DNA of 32,000 nucleotides from Candidatus Thorarchaeota archaeon. Lineage in GTDB: Archaea > Asgardarchaeota > Heimdallarchaeia > Hodarchaeales > Hodarchaeaceae. The stretch is taken from assembly GCA_048882505.1 (NCBI GenBank), contig JBHLRO010000004.1:80193-112192 (forward strand), written 5' to 3'. Shown here one piece after another: positions 25,696-32,000 of this stretch. The notes beneath the pieces are model-generated. The model saw only the letters and a list, made by a program, of their open reading frames with translations, made no database searches and was not told the DNA's origin. Made by a program: the position numbers and the translations under genes. Within the stretch, counting starts at the first letter, position 1, and every line of letters begins with the position of its first letter.

Positions 25696-26598
25696 TTATG
25701 GAGGGAACCCGTACACCTGCCTTGGAGCAAGATATTTGGGAAAACGATCCAGAAGTTGTTTACGAACTGAATAACAGTAGTGACATTCATCCACATATGA
25801 CGCATCACCATTTATCCCGTAGGTTTTTGCAAGCTCATGTGGCCCCCCTTTAAGTAGCGGGCCAGCGATTGGGTGTGTTTTAGCATCATATGACGGGATA
25901 AGCTCTGAGAGTGGGATATCCCACATGTTTCCAAGACTCAAACCTTGGCAGAGATGAACATGTCCAAATGGATCCACATGGACTCGCCCAGGATTTTCCA
26001 AGTCTTCGTAGGGGCATTCCGGAAGTAGATCAGATGCTGGCCTTTTCGGAAGGTCTTCGACCAATTTTTCTACCGCACGACCTCTAAAGCGAGCGTTTCC
26101 TCCGATAATAGGAGCTCCTTTCTCCTGATTTTCACTAGTTTCAATGATTGGGGGGTCAATGCATATACTACCACAAGGGATGCCCAACTGCCGTAACGCT
26201 GATATTGCGTTCTTTGCGGTATTATTCACAACTTTACCATAATGAAAAGTATCATCTGAGATGCTTACATCAACAATATTTCGATTTACTAAGGGGCTAA
26301 GCCATAAAACAGCATCATCAACCGTAGTAGCCCAATATCCATTGGAAACAATCCCTATGTTGAATCCGAGTTCGTCCGCCCTACGAATTCCTTCCATAAG
26401 CAGAGGATAGAAAAGAAACGGTTCCCCTCCCTCAAAAAAGATGGTTTTCGCCTGTTCTAACTTTGTAAGTTCATCAAGAAGTATCCTTAATTGCTTGAGA
26501 CTAAATGTTCCATCAGCATCCGGGCTACAATATAGAAAGCAGTGATCGCACTCGAATGTGCATTTGAGTGTCAATAAAATATGGCATCCAGACACCAA
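25696..26598 (-). CDS. Radical SAM protein with C-terminal Cys-containing (SPASM/twitch-like) region
   Basis: CTFECDHC (CxxxCxxC), FEGGEPFL, VHVDPFGHVHLC, CHYC. TTG at 26598 (GAGG upstream) avoids the head-to-head overlap that the ORF-track start 26691 creates. Confidence 0.85.
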   Translation of the reverse strand: MVSGCHILLTLKCTFECDHCFLYCSPDADGTFSLKQLRILLDELTKLEQAKTIFFEGGEPFLFYPLLMEGIRRADELGFNIGIVSNGYWATTVDDAVLWLSPLVNRNIVDVSISDDTFHYGKVVNNTAKNAISALRQLGIPCGSICIDPPIIETSENQEKGAPIIGGNARFRGRAVEKLVEDLPKRPASDLLPECPYEDLENPGRVHVDPFGHVHLCQGLSLGNMWDIPLSELIPSYDAKTHPIAGPLLKGGPHELAKTYGINGDASYVDECHYCYSVRKQLLDRFPKYLAPRQVYGFPP

Positions 26599-26667
26599 GG
26601 GTGAAACCTCTCTGGATTTTGGTGCGAGAAGACCAAAGCGGAATCTCTTATCTGTGTTGGCGTAACT

Positions 26668-27243
26668 ATGGTGAAGAAATTGATAGAACATTCAGAGAGC
26701 CACGTTTCTTCTCGACATCTTTTAATCACGGGGAAACCTGGATGTGGCAAAACTAGATTAATCCAAAAGGTAGTACATCACTTTCCATCATATAAGATAA
26801 CTGGATTTTGGACAAATGAGGTAAAAGCAGCTGGTCAGCGTATTGGATTTGACCTTGTTATAATAGGAGGAGAATCTGGGGTTTTAGCGCGGGTAAATAA
26901 AAAATCATTGGAGGGACCACTGTTCAAAGTCGGAAAATACTACGTGTCGATTATAGATTTAGAAACATTGGCCGTACCATGTCTTTATTCAACCAGTGAT
27001 CTTTTGGTGATAGATGAAATCGGGAGGATGGAAATCTATTCTTCAAGATTTCGGCATGCCTTATTGCACTCATTAGATAATCATTCATGTATCTTAGCCA
27101 CGATAGGTCGTCAATCTCTTCCGTTTCTGGAATTGGTTAAGGCCCGTGATGACACTTTGCTTTGGGAGTTAACTAAATTTAATCGAGATGCTGTATTTGA
27201 AAAAGCACTGGATTTCTTGAAAGAGAGAGGACTTCGTCTTTAA
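26668..27243 (+). CDS. THEP1/NTPCR-like nucleoside triphosphatase
   Basis: LITGKPGCGKT (Walker A), RIGFDL, VGKYYV, LVIDEIGRME (Walker B). Confidence 0.92.
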   Translation: MVKKLIEHSESHVSSRHLLITGKPGCGKTRLIQKVVHHFPSYKITGFWTNEVKAAGQRIGFDLVIIGGESGVLARVNKKSLEGPLFKVGKYYVSIIDLETLAVPCLYSTSDLLVIDEIGRMEIYSSRFRHALLHSLDNHSCILATIGRQSLPFLELVKARDDTLLWELTKFNRDAVFEKALDFLKERGLRL

Positions 27244-27254
27244 CAGATGGGGAC

Positions 27255-27266
27255 AATCGTACGATT
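27255..27266. promoter_or_regulatory. 12-bp perfect palindrome, candidate operator
   Basis: AATCGTACGATT, about 48 bp upstream of a TATA box. Confidence 0.3.
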
Positions 27267-27307
27267 AAAAAGGGGATCCATGCCCCTGGGTTCTGGGTGC
27301 CGCTTTT

Positions 27308-27321
27308 AAAAAGTTTATATA
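27308..27321 (+). promoter_or_regulatory. Archaeal BRE + TATA box
   Basis: AAAAAG followed by TTTATATA, upstream of the small membrane-protein gene. Confidence 0.6.
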
Positions 27322-27398
27322 CATACTGTCCAAATATTTTACATGGTGTCATAATACACCGAAAACTGATAAAAAAAGATGAAATGGTGAAAAAACAG

Positions 27399-27596
27399 AT
27401 GATAGATCTAAATTTCTTTGAAATAGTGTTATTAGGGTTTACAGGGTTGGCCTTCTTTTCCACAATAGTATGTGGGCTCTGGTTAGGATTTTCTAGCGAA
27501 CAAGTGGATCTAGGCGCCAAGATTTTTCACATAGGAAGTGCCGTTCTTACCCTTGTTTCCACAGCCCTTCTCGTTTTTCTACTTTTAAACCGGTAA
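27399..27596 (+). CDS. Small two-helix membrane protein (65 aa)
   Basis: GGTGA 8 nt upstream of ATG 27399; two hydrophobic segments; ATG 27384 is the alternative start. Confidence 0.65.
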   Translation: MIDLNFFEIVLLGFTGLAFFSTIVCGLWLGFSSEQVDLGAKIFHIGSAVLTLVSTALLVFLLLNR

Positions 27597-27688
27597 AAGA
27601 TAAGGTGTGATCGCAGATTCTTTGATTACACTTATCCTTTTATCTCTATTTTTCTTTACCAAACCATGGGTAAAATGGTGGAGAAATT

Positions 27689-28390
27689 TTGAATAAAAAG
27701 AATGAACATTCTAGAAAATCACCAAGCAGACAAAGAAGAGAGCTTCAACGTGCTCAATACCGTAGCCAGATCATAAGTGCGGCAGAATCTCTTTTTCTTG
27801 AACGTGGATACGAAAGAACTAATTTAAAGCAAGTTGCTGACAAAGCTGGGTTTGTTCGTGCAACGATTTACAATTATTTTGTGAATGGTAAGGACGACTT
27901 ATACCTTGCCGTTGCTGCAAATGCCTTTCAATCTCTATGTGAATACGTTGAAGAGGGCCTGAATCAATCTAGTCCTGGAGACGAATTACTCTCCATGACG
28001 ACTTCATATCTCAATTTGGCTCGTAAACAACCTGCACGCGCTGATATTATTGACGATGTTAGATTGCGTCAAGCTCTAGCTATAATCGTGGAGAAAGAAT
28101 CAAAGAACATACGGTTAACAGATGATGAAGCCCACTTCCGTAATTATCAGATGAAAACTTTGGAGCTCTTGGTGTCTGGAGTTACATTAGCTGTCACCAG
28201 ATTAAAAATTTCAGGTTTATCTTCCCCAAAAATACAGGAAATCGCTGTTGCCATGAGTGCTATTATTCCTGGATGGATTAAAGAGCTTGTAAGGAGGGAA
28301 AGGTTTACTCATCAAACTCCCGATGTTTCTGAGTCACAGCTTAAATTGATCATTGGCTTTTTTGAGAAAGGAATTCGATCAATGAATTAG
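27689..28390 (+). CDS. TetR/AcrR-family transcriptional regulator
   Basis: HTH RSQIISAAESLFLERGYERTNLKQVADKAGFVRATIYNYF; TTG start with GGAG upstream. Confidence 0.92.
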   Translation: MNKKNEHSRKSPSRQRRELQRAQYRSQIISAAESLFLERGYERTNLKQVADKAGFVRATIYNYFVNGKDDLYLAVAANAFQSLCEYVEEGLNQSSPGDELLSMTTSYLNLARKQPARADIIDDVRLRQALAIIVEKESKNIRLTDDEAHFRNYQMKTLELLVSGVTLAVTRLKISGLSSPKIQEIAVAMSAIIPGWIKELVRRERFTHQTPDVSESQLKLIIGFFEKGIRSMN

Positions 28391-28408
28391 ATGGCTATTA
28401 ATAACCTT

Positions 28409-29362
28409 TTAAATTCCGACCAAGTATTCATCGAGAAGGGCGGAGCGAAGCTCGCGTTTTTTTCGATTCATTGTCTTTTGGATGGATTGAACATATTTCG
28501 ATCCCCTAATCTGGTTACTATAATTTGAGGCCTCCAGAAACCACCATACATTCCATAAAGCCCGGTTTTTCCATCCCACTGTTCCAGGTATGGACAGGTC
28601 CTCAATGTTTTCCAGGAATGGTGGAGAATATTTCTCAAATAGGTATTCCGTTAGAGTTTTCCCCTTCTTTGTTTTCTTCCGTGCCTCGTGAACGAGGGTA
28701 GAACCCTCTGGGGTGTAGCATGAACAAACTGCGGCATTTCGTCTCCAACCGATCCAATCCACAGAAGCTAGATGTGGTTCAAATAGGATTTGATGATAGG
28801 GGCTTCCTATCCCAAATCCATGAAAATTAAGCTCGTTTTCCTTAGAATTCTTCGTTATTTCAACAATCCAGCGTGAAACCTCATGAGCACCTCCAGATTG
28901 ATTAATCTTAAATGCAGGAACCATACCTCCTAGACCTATGTAAGGATCAACAAGGTAAGAGGGTTTTTTCGCAGGCCAATGAATAACGGGAAGGATCGGG
29001 CGATCTAGTTTATCAGAAAGCCATCGCCAATTTTCTTCCGATTGATGCGGATTCCCGATGACATCCAGGTTGACAACTATATCTTCTTCATCGGTATCAA
29101 GCCGCTTCAAGAATTCGAGGTAATTTTGAGCGGAAATTTCCACTCCTGAATTATGTGCAGAATACGCTCCGCTGTCTATCATGAGCGGACCCTCGTGCGA
29201 AAAGTAATCATGGAGGCTTTTCGAGCCAAGTTTACTGGTATGTTTTCTAAAAGCCCAGTAGGAAAAAATAACCCCTACTTGATTATCTCGCATTAGCTCT
29301 GCTATAAATGGCTGATCTCGCCACGGAAAAAATCCAGGAACTACTCCTAAGTAAAGTTTCAG
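28409..29362 (-). CDS. TGT/DpdA-like (queuine tRNA-ribosyltransferase-like) TIM-barrel protein; proposed CTG start
   Basis: MIDSGAYS, NLDVIG, LPVIH, YIGLGGMV, FHGFG, SVD. The frame stays open upstream of ATG 29293 and encodes KLYLGVVPG; CTG at 29362 has GAGGTG 7 nt upstream. Confidence 0.72.
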   Translation of the reverse strand: MKLYLGVVPGFFPWRDQPFIAELMRDNQVGVIFSYWAFRKHTSKLGSKSLHDYFSHEGPLMIDSGAYSAHNSGVEISAQNYLEFLKRLDTDEEDIVVNLDVIGNPHQSEENWRWLSDKLDRPILPVIHWPAKKPSYLVDPYIGLGGMVPAFKINQSGGAHEVSRWIVEITKNSKENELNFHGFGIGSPYHQILFEPHLASVDWIGWRRNAAVCSCYTPEGSTLVHEARKKTKKGKTLTEYLFEKYSPPFLENIEDLSIPGTVGWKNRALWNVWWFLEASNYSNQIRGSKYVQSIQKTMNRKKRELRSALLDEYLVGI

Positions 29363-29369
29363 GGCTTTA

Positions 29370-29375
29370 CACCTC
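29370..29375 (-). promoter_or_regulatory. Shine-Dalgarno motif GAGGTG before the proposed CTG start
   Basis: Minus strand reads GAGGTG-TAAAGCC-CTG-AAA-CTT-TAC. Confidence 0.6.
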
Positions 29376-29717
29376 AGAGTGCTTTTCCATGTGCGTAATG
29401 GGAAATCCCTATTCCTCTCAGATTCCAGGAATTGAACTTCTTTCTGAAAGAGATCATAAATTTCGGAAAACAGGACATTCTATGGTTAGATTTAAGATTT
29501 TACCAGAGCCTTTGTATCAAATTTACTCGAAATCCGTATAAAATATCCAGATCTGTTTTAAAATCGTGTATATCAGTACCTAGCAAATTGCTGCAGTTTG
29601 CCATGGATTGATCCACTATCTGTAAAATCAAATTACGGGGTAATGGTTCAGTTTATCGTTTTATATTCCTTTCTTGCCCCAAGGCAATATACTAATTGAA
29701 TCTGTCGAGGTTATTTC

Positions 29718-32000
29718 ATGAAAAACACATTGAGAGGAATCTCTATAGATTTCATGCTTTTTCTTATAATTCTAAATGCCTTAACTTTCATTACTCCTTT
29801 AAGTCAAGAAGGATTTTCAAACCTGGCCGGATTTTCATCTGAACACCTCCGAGGTTTGGGTATGGATGAAGGGGGAAAAACCAACGTCAAAAGAGTACCA
29901 GTCCTTAGAAATATAGAATCTCAAACTGATTCACACGATTTATTCTCTACGCCTGGAATCCGTTCAAGTGTTCAGTCTCAATACTCAGTTCCAGGATGGG
30001 TAGATACAAGATGGAATTATCGAAAGAATATTACAATAGGAACAGCGACCGCTGATATTATCAATTTTCCGTTATACATTGAGCTTCTTGATTCTGATCT
30101 AAGAGATCATGCCCAAGTTTCCGGAGGAGATATATTCTTTACAGATGCCTCAGGAAACAAACTAGACCATGAGATGGAGATTTACGATAGGCAATATACC
30201 AACCAACAAGCACGTTTAGTGACTTGGGTAAATCTTAACCTTTCAAGTTCTCAATCTACCCTAATATCAATGTATTATGGAAATCCCTCTGCGCCAAATC
30301 AGCAAAATAGAGCAGGGGTCTGGAATACTGATTATAAATTTGTATTACATATGGATCAAGATCCATCATTATCAAATATCCGTGATAGCACGTTAAACCA
30401 AATGGATTTCAATGTTGAACCCACTGGAGGGATGTCAACAGCTGATCTTGTTGGTGGAAAAACCGGTTTTGGTATCGCTTTTGATGGAACCGATGATTAT
30501 ATTTATATTCCTCTCTCAAGGGGATTTTCCGGCCCCACGGATAAATTCACTTTTGAATTCTGGATAATGTTTCCAAATGGAGGTCCTAGTACGACAACCT
30601 ATTTGGCAGCTCCAGGAACTACTTCATATGACCCACGTCTATCGTTTACGAATAATTTCAATTTTGAAGTGGAAACTACTCCTTCATCTCATAATGAAAT
30701 AGCTTCGACCCAAAGTAGCTTTACAGCTGGTAACTGGTATTACATTGCTGCCCTTTGGGATGGAGGAACTGGGATTCAACAAATATACATTGATGGAATC
30801 CTTGATGCAAGTGGTAATAAGCTTGGAACTCATGTAAACTGGAATACTCTAGCCATTGGAGCACAAGATGATGCTACTAATGGAGTCGGAGGGACGAACC
30901 CTCACAAAGAAATAAATGCCGTTATTAGTGAATTTAGGCTATCTGACACAATTAAATCTCCCGAATGGATTCAAACAACTTTTTCAAATCAATATAATCC
31001 AAATGTGTTCTATAGTGTAGGTTCTGAAGAGCTCATAACTAGTATTACTCAAAGTCTTGATGCCGATTGGGTTTTTCCCTCTCTTCGATTTCGCAAAAAT
31101 CTGACCATAAATGCATCCGAGGTGAGTAGTTCAAACTATCTTCACAATTTTCCTGTTTTGGTGGATATTTTAGATTCTGATTTAATGGATACAAGTAAAG
31201 TCCAATCGGACGGAGATGACATACGTTTTGCGAGTGATTTAGGGTGGGTATGGAGTTCTGAACTCCTCGTAAATGGAGATTTCGAATCTGGATCAACAAT
31301 TCCTTGGATTATATCTGGAAGCTGGGGGACTGGAACTGATCCACCCATGGGAGGTGCAGGAACGCATTCTGGAAATTATTCTGCATTCATTTCTGGGAGC
31401 GGAAGTGTAACAGACCAAATTTATCAAGATGTAAGTATTGGAGGCTTTAGTTCCTATATTGATTCAGGGAAAGCGGTGGCGAACGTATCAGGATGGATGG
31501 TTTCAGCAGAAACGTCCTTTGACTCTGTACAAATGAAAATCCAATACCTCGACAACGCAAAGACAGTGCTTTCCACACCTTTAGATACAGGTTTTCGGCA
31601 ACCTGCTACATGGACAAAATATTCCATAGGATTCAATGCTATTCCTATTAATACCAGGTACATTAGAGTTTGGGCGACATGCTTTGAGGATTCTTGGGAT
31701 GCAGGTAGTATTGATACATTTAGCGTAAAAGTTGGAACTTTAGAATTCAAAGCTTCAGGATATGGATTGGATCATGAAATTGAAGCATTTGACCAAACCA
31801 CTGGTCATTTAACGGCTTGGGTAAGAATTCCGGGATTATCAAACCTCAGCAATACCACTCTAACCATGTATTATGGCAATAATGTAATACCAAAGAATAG
31901 AAATTGCCAGTCTGTCTGGGAAAGTTATGAAGGTGTTTGGCATCTAAATGAGCAGATAGGTTCTGGAAATTATATCCTTGATTCGACCAAAAATAATCAC
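29718..32000 (+). CDS. Large secreted/surface protein with tandem DUF2341 + LamG (concanavalin-like) modules and an inserted CBM-like domain (3' truncated)
   Basis: Translated by hand: 761 codons with no stop, GAGG upstream, signal peptide; WNYRKNITI, NFPLYIEL, GDIFF, LDHEME, MYYGNP; LamG FDGTDDY, FTFEFW, WYYIAALWDG, IYIDG; second module begins at ~31068. Confidence 0.88.
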   Translation, partial: MKNTLRGISIDFMLFLIILNALTFITPLSQEGFSNLAGFSSEHLRGLGMDEGGKTNVKRVPVLRNIESQTDSHDLFSTPGIRSSVQSQYSVPGWVDTRWNYRKNITIGTATADIINFPLYIELLDSDLRDHAQVSGGDIFFTDASGNKLDHEMEIYDRQYTNQQARLVTWVNLNLSSSQSTLISMYYGNPSAPNQQNRAGVWNTDYKFVLHMDQDPSLSNIRDSTLNQMDFNVEPTGGMSTADLVGGKTGFGIAFDGTDDYIYIPLSRGFSGPTDKFTFEFWIMFPNGGPSTTTYLAAPGTTSYDPRLSFTNNFNFEVETTPSSHNEIASTQSSFTAGNWYYIAALWDGGTGIQQIYIDGILDASGNKLGTHVNWNTLAIGAQDDATNGVGGTNPHKEINAVISEFRLSDTIKSPEWIQTTFSNQYNPNVFYSVGSEELITSITQSLDADWVFPSLRFRKNLTINASEVSSSNYLHNFPVLVDILDSDLMDTSKVQSDGDDIRFASDLGWVWSSELLVNGDFESGSTIPWIISGSWGTGTDPPMGGAGTHSGNYSAFISGSGSVTDQIYQDVSIGGFSSYIDSGKAVANVSGWMVSAETSFDSVQMKIQYLDNAKTVLSTPLDTGFRQPATWTKYSIGFNAIPINTRYIRVWATCFEDSWDAGSIDTFSVKVGTLEFKASGYGLDHEIEAFDQTTGHLTAWVRIPGLSNLSNTTLTMYYGNNVIPKNRNCQSVWESYEGVWHLNEQIGSGNYILDSTKNNH

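Noticed and set aside
7520-25853. Remaining short nested ORFs (e.g. 11042-11263, 15133-15429, 21793-22131, 23223-23600, 24185-24517, 24716-24907, 24942-25289)
   Set aside because: Shadow ORFs of longer supported genes or low-information peptides.
27179-27520. 113-aa minus-strand ORF
   Set aside because: Overlaps the NTPase 3' end, a clear plus-strand BRE-TATA and the small membrane-protein gene.
4869-29362. Idea that ogt, the Eco57I-like MTase and the TGT-like gene form one DNA-modification system
   Set aside because: They are 10-13 kb apart and separated by unrelated operons; there is no evidence of linkage.
29308-29541. 77-aa plus-strand ORF MADLATEK...
   Set aside because: Overlaps antisense the proposed N-terminus and SD of the TGT-like gene, starts only 14 bp from the ATG 29293 alternative, and has no recognisable motif; probably a shadow ORF.
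31045-31750. Three minus-strand ORFs in the track
   Set aside because: Antisense to the uninterrupted DUF2341-LamG reading frame.
1-32000. tRNA, rRNA, CRISPR arrays, IS/transposases, integrases
   Set aside because: No T-loop/cloverleaf, regularly spaced repeats, terminal inverted repeats or recombinase motifs were found by eye; a tRNAscan/Infernal/CRISPR scan would be definitive.

Overview
Gene-dense archaeal chromosomal window, almost certainly from an Asgard archaeon (inferred from a profilin, a PGF/CTERM-like sorting tail, DUF2341-LamG surface-protein repeats and archaeal BRE-TATA and GGTGA/GAGG ribosome-binding signals; Heimdallarchaeia-like is a guess). In order: (1) a lipid/polyamine operon (3' end of myo-inositol-1-phosphate synthase, UbiA/DGGGP-synthase-like prenyltransferase, a BpsA aminopropyltransferase fused to a pyruvoyl AdoMet decarboxylase, and a SEC59/DGK1-type CTP-dependent kinase); (2) an FKBP-like/TM/Cys-rich zinc-finger membrane protein, a coiled-coil protein, ogt and an erythrin-VIT1 fusion; (3) profilin; (4) an ~8.6 kb glycosylation island (GT2, polytopic membrane protein, three GT4, NAD-dependent epimerase) containing an oppositely oriented nucleotidyltransferase + methyltransferase pair; (5) an Eco57I-like adenine methyltransferase with no visible nuclease domain; (6) hydrolases (C45, M14, DUF885, degenerate M50-like) around a sirtuin with SIRT6-like architecture; (7) radical SAM, THEP1 NTPase, small membrane protein, TetR; (8) a TGT/DpdA-like enzyme that appears to start at CTG; (9) the first 761 codons of a large secreted DUF2341-LamG repeat protein missing from the ORF track. 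No rRNA, tRNA, CRISPR array or transposase was seen. All family calls come from motif recognition by eye; no database searches were run.
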